A DNA stretch of 64,000 bases, taken from positions 713-64,712 of the forward strand of contig JAFXIQ010000015.1 in NCBI GenBank assembly GCA_017533005.1. Direction: 5' to 3'. This stretch comes from Clostridia bacterium. GTDB taxonomy: Bacteria; Bacillota; Clostridia; Christensenellales; DTU072. Below the pieces are notes generated by a model. That model saw only the letters and a list, made by a program, of their open reading frames with translations, was not told where the DNA came from and searched no databases. Of this stretch, positions 44,368 through 55,100 are shown piece by piece (the first letter of the stretch is position 1; every line of letters starts with the position of its first letter). The translations under genes and the position numbers were made by a program.

Positions 44368-46620
44368 ATGAAATACAAAAAGTTTTTACCTTATATAATA
44401 TACTTCTTATTATTCTTATTCCTGTTCTTTTTAGAGAGCAAACTAGGTGTTAGGGGCTTTTCCGTTGCGTTATTCGGTGCGCTCGTTTATAACAAAAGCA
44501 ATCTCCTTATTTTGGCGCCAATTTACGTTGTTAGCGCTATTATCGTGAGCCCTACGCTAATTACACTAGCCATTGTTTCTGCGCCCATCGTAATCGTTTT
44601 TACGGCGTATTTCGTGCATTATAAAATCAAAAAAAGAATACATGTCGTTCACGTCAGCCTTTACGTGTTCCTTGCGGAAATTCCCAAGGTGTTTTTTAGT
44701 ATAGACAGTCAAGATAACGTAATAAGACTAATAGTTGGGGTGATTCTCGCACAAATATTAATCCCTATATTAGTTTCGGCAACTTATACGATTATCAAAA
44801 AGAAAGGGAGTTTTTTGCTGTCTAGACAGGAGAGCGTTGCGTTAGGTGTTTGCGTAGCAATACTCGCGCTCGGGTGTGGATTTTTAGAGATAAAAGACGT
44901 TAACTTTTACTATGCGATAGGAATGCTGTTAATAATAGCGTTTGCAAACGTAAAAGCCGTTTACTCACTAGGTGGAACACTTTTCTATGCGCTAGGTGGA
45001 CTATTGTCTATAGGTAGCGTAGGCAGTATAGCCATATTGCTTTACGGCGCGCTCATAAGTAGCTTTTCTAGAAAAAGCTCGCAGTTTGTTACCTTTCTTG
45101 CGCTCACAATGCACGCGTTACTAATTCTCATCGGTGCGTTGAACGAGAGCTATTTTTCACTTATACCACCGTTAATAATAGCAATAATTTATGTTTGTAT
45201 TCCCAAAAAGCTGAAACAAGGCGCCCGAAACGCGATAGATGCTTTTTACGCGGGAAGAAGTGCGCGTGCTATAGTTAACAAAGATAGAAAAGAAACCGCC
45301 GAGAAGCTACTGCTTCTAGCAGAAGTTATGGGTGCGTTGGGGGATATTATCGGCAAGGATATTGAAGAAAAAGAAAGGATAGATACTAAAAAACTTGCAG
45401 ATAAAGTTGCTGATACGGTATGTGGAAGTTGCAAGAATTTTTCTAGGTGCAAGTCCGTGCTTCGTGGGGAAAGCACTACGCCGATAGTAGAAGAGCTTAT
45501 TTATTCTGCGCTAGTTAGCGGTAGAGCTACTATTCTAGATGCACCGCCGTTTTTATCGTCGTATTGCATTAAAATAAACAATATGATTTCATCTACAAAC
45601 GGCATACTTTCGGTTGTAAACAATAATACTGTCGACGGTGTGGGCGAAGAAAAGAACGTGATTAAAGAAGAAATGCTAGGGCTTTCATCGGCGCTTAAGG
45701 CGCTTTCTAGTGAAGTGCAGTCGCCGATTAGCTACGATATTAAAGGGGAGCGAGATTTAACGTTAGAGCTTAATCGGCACGATTTGTGCGTAAAAGATAC
45801 CATACTTTATCGGGATAACGGTAGTTTGCAACTGGGGTTAATCGTAGATGACGTGGCGCTTATGGCGCAGGGCTTTGTGGATACTTTATCCGATGTCGTC
45901 GGCAAGAGAATGGCGCTCGTAAAGAAAGAAAAGGTTGTAAACAATTCGGTATTTGCGCTCTTTGAAGAGTGCCCGAAATACGGCGTTGCGTATGGGGAAG
46001 AGTGCTTATCGTTAGAAGAAGGGGCTTGTGGCGACACCACTCGCGCAGTACGACTTGGGAATTCTAAAGTTATGTTTATACTTTCCGACGGTATGGGCAG
46101 TGGCGAGCACGCAGAAAGGTCGAGCGTGGGTGCCGTCAGTATGCTTGAGAATTTTTATAAAGGTGGTTTTGAGCATAAGGCGGTGATGTCATTTGTTTCG
46201 AGATTTATGTCAACGAGAAATACGGAAGATTTCAATGCAATAGACATCGCTGTTTTCGACACGAAAAATGCGAGCGTTGATTTCATTAAACAAGGTGCTC
46301 GCGAGAGTTTCATTTTGAGAAACGGCGAAGTAGAAGTTATAGAATGTGGTTCACTTCCCTTGGGAATAGTAGAAGACGTAGAGCCGATTATAGAAACGCG
46401 TAGCATAGACACGGATACTTTCGTAATTATGGTGAGTGACGGAGTAATAGATACGATTGGCAAGGAAGGTCTTGTCGAAATATTATCCGGTATAAAAACT
46501 CGCAACCCAGAAGTTATTTCAAAGGCAATAATCGACAACGCAAAAAGGCTTATGGAGGACTCGCACAAGGACGACGCAAGCGTTATATGCGCGCGCCTAT
46601 ACACGCTAAAGCAACCTTGA
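44368..46620 (+). CDS. spoIIE: stage II sporulation protein E (membrane PP2C phosphatase)
   Basis: About 10 N-terminal TM segments and a central regulatory region. The C-terminal PP2C domain has FILSDGMGSGEHA and FVIMVSDGVID...DDASVICARL. Confidence 0.85.
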   Translation: MKYKKFLPYIIYFLLFLFLFFLESKLGVRGFSVALFGALVYNKSNLLILAPIYVVSAIIVSPTLITLAIVSAPIVIVFTAYFVHYKIKKRIHVVHVSLYVFLAEIPKVFFSIDSQDNVIRLIVGVILAQILIPILVSATYTIIKKKGSFLLSRQESVALGVCVAILALGCGFLEIKDVNFYYAIGMLLIIAFANVKAVYSLGGTLFYALGGLLSIGSVGSIAILLYGALISSFSRKSSQFVTFLALTMHALLILIGALNESYFSLIPPLIIAIIYVCIPKKLKQGARNAIDAFYAGRSARAIVNKDRKETAEKLLLLAEVMGALGDIIGKDIEEKERIDTKKLADKVADTVCGSCKNFSRCKSVLRGESTTPIVEELIYSALVSGRATILDAPPFLSSYCIKINNMISSTNGILSVVNNNTVDGVGEEKNVIKEEMLGLSSALKALSSEVQSPISYDIKGERDLTLELNRHDLCVKDTILYRDNGSLQLGLIVDDVALMAQGFVDTLSDVVGKRMALVKKEKVVNNSVFALFEECPKYGVAYGEECLSLEEGACGDTTRAVRLGNSKVMFILSDGMGSGEHAERSSVGAVSMLENFYKGGFEHKAVMSFVSRFMSTRNTEDFNAIDIAVFDTKNASVDFIKQGARESFILRNGEVEVIECGSLPLGIVEDVEPIIETRSIDTDTFVIMVSDGVIDTIGKEGLVEILSGIKTRNPEVISKAIIDNAKRLMEDSHKDDASVICARLYTLKQP

Positions 46621-46671
46621 CTAAACGCCCAAGATGTGTTATTATTAAAAATAATACTTTTGGAGCGAAAC

Positions 46672-48876
46672 ATGAGAAGTTTTATAAGAAATACAACTCA
46701 AGCAAAGCGCTGGAATGAAGGCAATCCTTTAGGAAACGGCAGGCTTGGCGTTATGGAAAACGGTGGCGCTAATAAGTCGACCATTGTTTTGAACGACGAT
46801 ACGTTTTGGTCGGGATACGGTAAATGGAAAGGCGCAAACGCAGGGGACGCGATAATTCGCGCAAAAAACGCGATGCTTCTAGAAGACTATTCGCTTGCAG
46901 AGAGTATAGTTCAGAATGAAATTACTGGTGATTATACCGAGAGTTATTTGCCCATAGGAACGCTTATTTTGAAGAAAGGCTTGGGTGTCGTTAAGGAATA
47001 TGAACGCGTTCTCGACCTTGACAATGCTACGCTTCAGGTAAACTATAAAAAAGGCAAAACTATTTATAAAGAAGAAAGTTTTATTTCTTATCCACACGAC
47101 GTCTACGTAAAAAGAATAACCGTCGACAAGGCGAGCAACGTAGAGATTTTAATGACGTCTGCCGTTCGTTACTCGACCTGCATAGACGGTAACGCTATTT
47201 TTATGAGTGGACTTGCTCCGTCAAAAGTCGCACCCAATTACGTTTATTATGACAAAAACCCCATAGTTTACGACGCTAATAATGAAGGAATGCGTTTCGA
47301 TGCAGTTTTGCAGGTAGAAACCGATGGGGAAGTGCTAAATAAGAACGACAAGTCGATACTTATTAAAGGCTATACTTCGCTAGTTATTTATTACAGTTCG
47401 TTGACTTCCTACAAAGAGAGTGGCGATAGGAAGAGTATTTTGCAAGAAAAACTCGCTAGCGCAATCCAAATCGGCTATAATGGTTGCCTTAAAGCGCATA
47501 TTGAAGACTACAAGGCGCTTTATGATAGGGTGGAACTCGAATTGAATGGAGAACTCGATTCTCCCGTTGATATGAGAAAAGCGCTTCGTGCTGTAGAAAA
47601 AGGTGCAAATCCGAGTGGTGGACTTATCGTTACTTTATACAACTTCGGTAGATATTTGACGATAGCTTCTTCTAGAGAAGGTAGTGAAGCAACGACGCTA
47701 CAAGGTATATGGGTTAACGAGCTTCGTTCGCCGTGGTCGTCAAACTATACCGTGAATATCAATACGCAAATGAACTATTGGGCAACGGAAACGATTGCGC
47801 TCCCAGAATGCACCGAGCCACTTATAAGGCTAATAAAAGAGCTCGCAAAGAGTGGTGAGAGAACTGCAAAAGAAACCTTTGGTGTGGAACGTGGTTGGGC
47901 AATAGGGCACAATAGCGATTTGTGGAGAACAACCAATCCCGTGGGCAGAGTGAAGGCGGGAAGTAGTGCGTCTTACTCGCTTTGTATGGGGGCTAGTGGT
48001 TGGTTTTGTAGACATTTATACGAGAGATTTTTACATAGTGGCGACGTGGAGTTTTTAAGGAAAGAAGCCCTTCCCATTATGAGAAGCTCCGCCGAATTTT
48101 ATCTTGAATATATGGTAGAAGACAGCGAGGGCTATTTGGTTTGTACGCCCGATATAAGTCCGGAAAACTCTTACTATAAAAGGGGCAAACGTTATTCAAT
48201 AGACCTTGCGCCTACGATGACCATGAGCATTATTCGCGAGCTTTTTGCTAATATATTATCTGCAGAGAGTTACCTTGGCGTAGAGAGTGAATTGGGCAAA
48301 AAAATAATGCTTGCACTACCTAGACTTTATCCAATAGGTGTAGGCAAAAACGGACAAATCATAGAGTGGCACGATGATTACGAAGAAGTCGAGCTCGCGC
48401 ATAGGCACGTTTCTAACCTTTACGGTCTTTATCCGGGAAGTGAAATTACTCCCGAAACAACGCCTATACTTGCTACTGCGAGCGAGCGCACTCTAGAAAG
48501 AAGAACGAACGAAGGTACCGGTTGGAGCCTTGCTTGGAAGGTAAATATGTGGGCACGTCTCAAAAATGGGACACGAGCTTATGATATACTTAAGAAACAG
48601 TTGAGATTATGTCATCAAGGTGGACATCGTGGTGGTGGCAGTTACGCATCGTTGCTTTGTGCGCACCCACCGTTTCAAATCGACGGAAACTTCGGTATAG
48701 TTGCAGGAATTAATGAAATGCTTATGCAGTCGCATAACGATATAGAGCTTCTGCCTGCAATACCTGCGGAATGGCATAGTGGTAGGGTAAAAGGCCTTAT
48801 CGCGCGTGGCAATAAACGCGTTTCAATCACTTGGAAAAACGGAGAAATTATCGATAAAAAGATAGAAGAATTATGA
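46672..48876 (+). CDS. GH95-family alpha-L-fucosidase (no signal peptide)
   Basis: The track ORF begins at GTG 46636, but GGAG lies 7 nt before ATG 46672 (MRSFIRNTTQAKRWNEGNPLGNGRLGVM, a typical GH95 N-terminus). Also NINTQMNYW, NEGTGWSLAWKVNMWARLKNG and PFQIDGNFG. Confidence 0.8.
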   Translation: MRSFIRNTTQAKRWNEGNPLGNGRLGVMENGGANKSTIVLNDDTFWSGYGKWKGANAGDAIIRAKNAMLLEDYSLAESIVQNEITGDYTESYLPIGTLILKKGLGVVKEYERVLDLDNATLQVNYKKGKTIYKEESFISYPHDVYVKRITVDKASNVEILMTSAVRYSTCIDGNAIFMSGLAPSKVAPNYVYYDKNPIVYDANNEGMRFDAVLQVETDGEVLNKNDKSILIKGYTSLVIYYSSLTSYKESGDRKSILQEKLASAIQIGYNGCLKAHIEDYKALYDRVELELNGELDSPVDMRKALRAVEKGANPSGGLIVTLYNFGRYLTIASSREGSEATTLQGIWVNELRSPWSSNYTVNINTQMNYWATETIALPECTEPLIRLIKELAKSGERTAKETFGVERGWAIGHNSDLWRTTNPVGRVKAGSSASYSLCMGASGWFCRHLYERFLHSGDVEFLRKEALPIMRSSAEFYLEYMVEDSEGYLVCTPDISPENSYYKRGKRYSIDLAPTMTMSIIRELFANILSAESYLGVESELGKKIMLALPRLYPIGVGKNGQIIEWHDDYEEVELAHRHVSNLYGLYPGSEITPETTPILATASERTLERRTNEGTGWSLAWKVNMWARLKNGTRAYDILKKQLRLCHQGGHRGGGSYASLLCAHPPFQIDGNFGIVAGINEMLMQSHNDIELLPAIPAEWHSGRVKGLIARGNKRVSITWKNGEIIDKKIEEL

Positions 48877-51800
48877 TTAAGCTGTTTACTAGTAACACGA
48901 CAAGGGGTGCAACTAGCGCTGTTATAGGGGAAATTAAGAGAAATTACGCTATAGGTGTCAATCAAATAATTTTGACGCCCGATAGCTATAAATTCACCAT
49001 AGAAAAAGAAATTTTTAATGCGCTTGAATTAGAAGGCTCTTTTGACATAGAAGTTACTACGTTTGCAAGGCTTGCACAATCCGTTTTGAAACACCGTGCG
49101 AAGAAATGCTTATCAAAAGAGGGCGCGGTTTTATTGCTCCGTAACGTTATCGCGCGTAACAAAGATAAACTTATGCACTATGGGGCAGTAGCGAACAATC
49201 CACGTTTTGCGCACGAAATTTTTGCAGTCATAGCATCAATTAGAAATAACGGTTACACTTCGGAAGATTTAGAAAGAATAGTTCCTAATTTGGCGAAAGG
49301 AACAAAAACTAAAACTCACGACTTTGCCTTACTTTTCCGCGAATACGAAAAAGCACTTACTGGTAAATATGCCGATGCGACGTATATGGTTGACGCGCTT
49401 ATAGATGCTATTCCGAATAGCAAAAAAATCCGTGATAGCCACGTTTACGCGATAGCCTACGATAAATTTACCGGACAACAGCTCAAAGTGCTCGAGCTTC
49501 TTGCAAAGCACAGCCGTTCTTTGAGCGTGGGTACCACTCCGAACAATAGGGGAAGCAACGCGCATCTTTATCCTTGGGAGACAAGCGAATCTATAAAAGC
49601 GATGCCCTTAAAGGTGCAAAATATGGATTACGTATTCGATGCAATCAAAGAGCCTTTTGCTACGCTTAATAAGCGTATGTTTTCATATTCTCAAGTCGCG
49701 AACAAGGTAGCTTCGGAAGGGAGCATTCACCTTTCGAGAGAGAATAACGTTTTTGAAGAGTTTAACGGCATCGCTCACGAAATCGCAAGGCTCGTGAGAA
49801 GAGAGGGCGTTAGATATAATCAAATTTCTATAATAAACCTTAACCCTGACTACAACAATGAATTATCATCAATTTTAGATAGATATGAAATCCCTCATTT
49901 TGTGAGCTTAAAATATTCGCTAGGCAATACCATTATTGCTAAATTTTTAAAAGCCTATTTCGACGTTATCGTTTTCAATAAGCGCGCAGATAAGGTCATC
50001 GCGTTTATGAAAGACCCTATGTTTGCAGGAGAAGTCGATGAGATTTGTGAATTTGAAAATTACGTTATTGCACGCAATCTGAACTACGATGGATTTAACG
50101 TTCCGATAGAAGGAGAAGAGTTCGCGAACGTAGAGAAGTTAAGAACGCGCCTTATGGAATACGTATATAGATTTCCGGAAGGAAAGGGAAGCGTTAAAGA
50201 TAAATTGTCCGTGATTTACGATATCGTTAAGGACGAAAATTTGGAAGACGTCATTCGAAGCGCGCTAGAAAACGCACCAAGTGACGTTATAGAAAGTAAC
50301 GTTACCGCGATAAAACGAGCAAAAGAAATAATAGAAGAAACCATAAACCTAATAGGCGAAGAAGATTTTACAACGGAAGAGCTTCAGAAGTCGCTTTTCG
50401 CAGCATTTGCAGCAGAAGAAGTATCTTTAATACCTTTAACGCTAGACGCCGTTTACGTAGGAGGGCTGAGGGAGAGTTACGTACCTTATCAAAAGGCGAT
50501 TTTCGTTTGTTCTGCTACGGGCGACGTGTTCCCGTCACAAAGCAATTATAGTGCTATAATTTCGCCACAAGATGAAGAATTGCTCGCAAAGAATAATATT
50601 AGGCTCTATCCTATGCCTCGAGATAGGATAGTAGAAGACGAGTTCAGTATGCTAGACCTAGTCACTAGAACGGACAGTTTATACGTTAGCGCAGCGCAGT
50701 TTTCGCCCACGGGAGAAGAGCTTCAAGGCTCGATTTTAATGAAAGAAATAGAGACTTACGTAGACGTAAAAGAAGAAACGCTATCCCACAAGTACGTTCT
50801 AGATAAAGCTACCACGATAGAACAAATAGAAGACGTAGTGGTTTCGGAAAAGAATGCGGAATGGACATATCTATCCGTAGTGAATAAACCGTTGCCAAAA
50901 GGCTCTGAACTTGTTGCGCAACGTGCGCGCGATACGCTTTATTCATCACTTAACGCGGATAGTCGCGCTAGAGTGGAGAGCGTAATTTTCGGGAAAGCCA
51001 AGAGCGAACTCGTTGCTGATACGAAAGGGTATTTCAAGGTGGAGAACGGCAAACCTTACACGAGCGTATCTCAAATAGAATCATACTTTAATTGTCCGTT
51101 CGAGCATTACGTCAAATACGGGCTACGCGCGAGTGAACGTAAACAAGGTAAGCTCGCCCCCGTTGACTTCGGAACTATTATTCACGAAGTGCTCTACGAA
51201 TACTTTAAGCGTGTTAAGAACAAGTTGGATGAGTTAAGCGATAGAGAAATAACGGAGCAAGTCGAAGTCGCGATACAAACGGTATTTTCTAGAGAAGAAT
51301 ATAAGAGATATTTCGCAACGCCGTCAAACGTAAATGAAATCAACGCTTTGAAAGAGGAGTGCAAAAAGGTTGCGCTTAAACTCACGGAAAACCTATTAAA
51401 AGGCGAGTTTAGACCTAAATTTTTGGAAGAAAAAATCGGAGATACGTCTAGAATTCCCACCATCAGATTGGATACGGAGATGGGCGAGTTATTCATTAAA
51501 GGTAAAATCGACAGAATTGACGTCGATAAGGATAAAAACGCCTACGTTCTCGATTATAAAACGGGAAATAAAAAATCGGCTAGAGATGATATTTATTACG
51601 GCTTGAACTTGCAGTTGTTCGTATATTTGAGTGCAGTTAAAGGCGCTGGCTATAGACCGGTGGGCGCGTTTATCGTGCCGATAAAGAGCGGGTACACAAA
51701 GGACGGATTTACGCTTAAGCTCAAGGGACAAATTCTCAAGGACGTAGAGATTCTTGAAAAGTTAGAAAAAGGCTTTTTGGCTAGAGAACAAGCTCAATCA

Positions 51801-52112
51801 GGGGTAAAGACGGATAATGAAGTCGCCGACTTTAGTATAAAGACGTCTAAAAAATCAGGTACGGGCTTTACGTCAACAACTAATTGTTTTGACGATGCGG
51901 GGTTCGATTATATTTTCGAATACGTTGAAAAAGTTATGGCAAACGCCGTTAACGAGATACTATCAGGCAATCGAGAAAAGTCGCCCATAAACAAATGCGA
52001 AGACTGCTATTATTACGGAGTAGTTTGTTCGGGCGTAGGCGATGAAGAAACACGTGTAAAGAATGCAAAAAGCATACCTTTCGGCAAGAATATCAGTAAT
52101 GCGGGGAAGTAG
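48873..52112 (+). CDS. addB: helicase-exonuclease AddAB, subunit B
   Basis: Position directly upstream of addA. RecB-type nuclease motif GKIDRIDVDKDKNAYVLDYKTG. Fe-S cysteines are CPFEHY upstream and a C-terminal CEDCYYYGVVC. Confidence 0.85.
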   Translation: MIKLFTSNTTRGATSAVIGEIKRNYAIGVNQIILTPDSYKFTIEKEIFNALELEGSFDIEVTTFARLAQSVLKHRAKKCLSKEGAVLLLRNVIARNKDKLMHYGAVANNPRFAHEIFAVIASIRNNGYTSEDLERIVPNLAKGTKTKTHDFALLFREYEKALTGKYADATYMVDALIDAIPNSKKIRDSHVYAIAYDKFTGQQLKVLELLAKHSRSLSVGTTPNNRGSNAHLYPWETSESIKAMPLKVQNMDYVFDAIKEPFATLNKRMFSYSQVANKVASEGSIHLSRENNVFEEFNGIAHEIARLVRREGVRYNQISIINLNPDYNNELSSILDRYEIPHFVSLKYSLGNTIIAKFLKAYFDVIVFNKRADKVIAFMKDPMFAGEVDEICEFENYVIARNLNYDGFNVPIEGEEFANVEKLRTRLMEYVYRFPEGKGSVKDKLSVIYDIVKDENLEDVIRSALENAPSDVIESNVTAIKRAKEIIEETINLIGEEDFTTEELQKSLFAAFAAEEVSLIPLTLDAVYVGGLRESYVPYQKAIFVCSATGDVFPSQSNYSAIISPQDEELLAKNNIRLYPMPRDRIVEDEFSMLDLVTRTDSLYVSAAQFSPTGEELQGSILMKEIETYVDVKEETLSHKYVLDKATTIEQIEDVVVSEKNAEWTYLSVVNKPLPKGSELVAQRARDTLYSSLNADSRARVESVIFGKAKSELVADTKGYFKVENGKPYTSVSQIESYFNCPFEHYVKYGLRASERKQGKLAPVDFGTIIHEVLYEYFKRVKNKLDELSDREITEQVEVAIQTVFSREEYKRYFATPSNVNEINALKEECKKVALKLTENLLKGEFRPKFLEEKIGDTSRIPTIRLDTEMGELFIKGKIDRIDVDKDKNAYVLDYKTGNKKSARDDIYYGLNLQLFVYLSAVKGAGYRPVGAFIVPIKSGYTKDGFTLKLKGQILKDVEILEKLEKGFLAREQAQSGVKTDNEVADFSIKTSKKSGTGFTSTTNCFDDAGFDYIFEYVEKVMANAVNEILSGNREKSPINKCEDCYYYGVVCSGVGDEETRVKNAKSIPFGKNISNAGK

Positions 52113-52115
52113 ACC

Positions 52116-55100
52116 ATGGCTATAAACTGGACAAAATCACAAGAAGATGCAATTAAGCACACCAAAAGCAGTCTTTTGGTGTCTGCATCTGCAGGAAGCG
52201 GTAAAACCACCGTCATGGTCGAGAAAATTTTACGCTATCTACAGGAAGGGCACGATATAACTAGACTCGTAGTTATAACCTTTACCGAAGCTTCGGCTAC
52301 GGATTTAAAGGATAGCATAAGCCGTAAACTTGCCGACGTTATTCGCGTGAGCGCGCCGAACAGCAAGGAAACCGAGCATCTCAAAAAACAACTTGATAAT
52401 TTACCGTTTTCCTATATAGGAACGATAGATTCGTTTTGCGCTACGATTTACAAGAAGTATTTTGAAAAAATAGGCGTAGACCCCACCTATTTAATTCTAG
52501 AAGAAAGCGAAGAAAAAGCTATGAAGAATCAAGCTTTCAATTCGGTATTAGAAGAATATCTTGATAGTGGGGACGTGGTTTTCAAGGAGCTTGCGGAAAA
52601 ACTTAAGTCGGGAAGAAGTTATGAAAAAATGTCCAAGCTAGTGATTGATATGCTAGGATTTTTAGCCGTACAAGAAACCCCCGATGTGTTTTTAGATAAA
52701 GTTATAAACGCGACTAACACCAAATTCGGAGAAGACGCCGTTCACGATTATCTTATTGCGTATTTCAAGAAGCTTGCCAAGAAGAGCAAAGCTAAACTTA
52801 TGCACGCGTTCCAAGTTTCAAAGGAACTTGGCGAGAACAAATTTGAACAAGTGCGCGTAGATATGTTCAATGCTTTAGAAGGTATTGAAAAAGCATCTAC
52901 GCTAGTAGAAATCGGAATAATAGCAAGAGAAAATGCAAATATTAAAAACGGAGCGTTTAAAGGCAAGGACGTTCACAAAGAAGCCACTCAATTAACGGCA
53001 TCGGCGTATGCTATTTATGAGAAACTAGTAAGTACGTTAAAGACGGTGCTTCAAGACGTCGACACGTTGGAAGAACGCGAGAACAGCGCGAGAGTATTGA
53101 GCGCGAAGTTCGCGGAATTTTTGAGCGCAGTTAAAAAACGTTACGAAGGCGAAAAAGCTCACGAAAACCGAGCTGATTTCAGCGATATAGAACATTGTGC
53201 GTTGAAAATCGTTTCGATTGCAGAAATCGCTCAAGAAATTGCCGATAGCATCGACCATATTTATATTGATGAATATCAAGACACCAACCGTTTGCAAGAA
53301 GCTATTTTTGCAAAGATAGAACGCAAAAATATGTTCCTTGTCGGAGATATCAAGCAGTCGATTTACGGATTCCGTTTCGCAGAACCCACGATATTCTCTT
53401 CTAAACTTGATAAGTTTGCAGAGAACAGCGAAGAGGGCGCGAATATTCCATTTAACGAGAACTTCAGAACGGAAACTAAAGTCGTTAAGTTTATCAATGC
53501 AGTTTTCAATAGCTTGATGACCAAAGATTTCGGTGGAGTTAATTACGCGAAGGACGCGCAACTTGTTCCCGATACTTCGATAACGGCAGATGATAACGTT
53601 CCTCCGGTAGAAGTAGTAGTTTTCGCCGATGAAGAAGCTGAACAAGTGGAATATCCGGAAGTTTATTCGGTAAAAGATGCAGTATTAAAAACACAATCGC
53701 GCTCACAAGAAGGAATTTATATTGCGAATAGAATTAAAGACGTCGTCGGCAAATTTAAGATTTACGACAGAAAACTAGACGGCATAGATAAAATGCGCCC
53801 CATTCGTTATTCGGATATAGCAGTACTCGTAAGGAAGAGAAAGAATGCAGCGCCTATCATCAAAGAATTCGATAGAATGGACGTGCCGTATACTGCAGCG
53901 AGCTTCGACGGCGATTTCGATATGACCGACGTTGATGCTATCACTGCGTTTTTGAGAGTTATAGATAACCACAAGAACGATATGCCGTTAATCAAGTCGT
54001 TATTAACGAATATCGGCAACCTTAGCGAAGACGAATTGCTTATTATCAGACAGGAAAACCCCGAAGAAAAATACTTCTATCAAGCTGTGGAAAAATGCAC
54101 ACACCCCTTGATAAGAGTTAAACTTGACGAGTATTTCGAAAAGGTTGAAAGATATAGAAAACTCGCAAAAGCCGTAGATGTAGCAGAATTGTTTACAAGT
54201 ATAGCAGTGGAACTCGGCGTAGACGCAGTGGCTATTTCTGATAGAGAAGAAGGAAGGATAGAATCGTTCAATGCATACGTTTCTTTCTTGAGAGGAAAGG
54301 AATTCGCTAAAGACGTAGCGTCGTATCTTGCGTATCGTGACGCCAATACCGAACTTACGATTAAGAGACCGTCTGCAGGTAGTAATGCCGTGCGCTTCAT
54401 TACCATTCACGGCAGTAAGGGTTTAGAATTTCCCATAGTATTCGTAGCAGGGCTAGGCGAAAGACCAAAAGGTGGCAACGCCTACGGAAACGGCGCTAGC
54501 ATAGATGAAGAGTTTGGATTAGGAATGGATAGCTTTGAAGATGAAAATCAAAAGAGCAGTACGTCGCTAACTACTTTTGCTACGAAAATTAAGAAAGAAA
54601 GAAAAGAACTCGAAGAAGAAGTGCGTATGTTATACGTAGCTTTCACGAGAGCAAAGTCGCACCTAATCTTAACAGGGAAAGAAAGCAAAGAGCTCAAAGA
54701 AGCTTTCGAAGATACGGACGTTGCAATGCAATGGCTACAAATGATAGGCGAGAAAAACGCCGTTGTAAGGGACGCTATTAAGCAGGTGTCGGAAGTAACG
54801 GAATTAGACGTAGACGTTGAACTAAAGGAATATCATGCGCGACTTTTAGACGGGCAAACGTCACTCGCGTTTAACTACGCGCATAAAGAAGCAACTACGC
54901 TATCTAATAAATATTCGGTAACGGCATTGAACGAGGCTCACGATAATATAGCCGAAGAAAGCACAAAAACAACCGTAATAGTTAATGAAAACGAGCGTTC
55001 AAGTACCCATAGTCCCGAAATGGGAACACTATACCACGCAATTATGGAAAATATCGACTTCAATCTTACCCAAAAAGAAGAAATCGAGCGTGCAATAGAC

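Noticed and set aside
46636-46671. GTG 46636 as the start of the GH95 gene, and GTG 56847 as the start of corA
   Set aside because: Both extensions lack an SD and add non-homologous residues. The corA extension runs through the terminator hairpin. Internal ATGs at 46672 and 56931 have SD sequences and give canonical N-termini.
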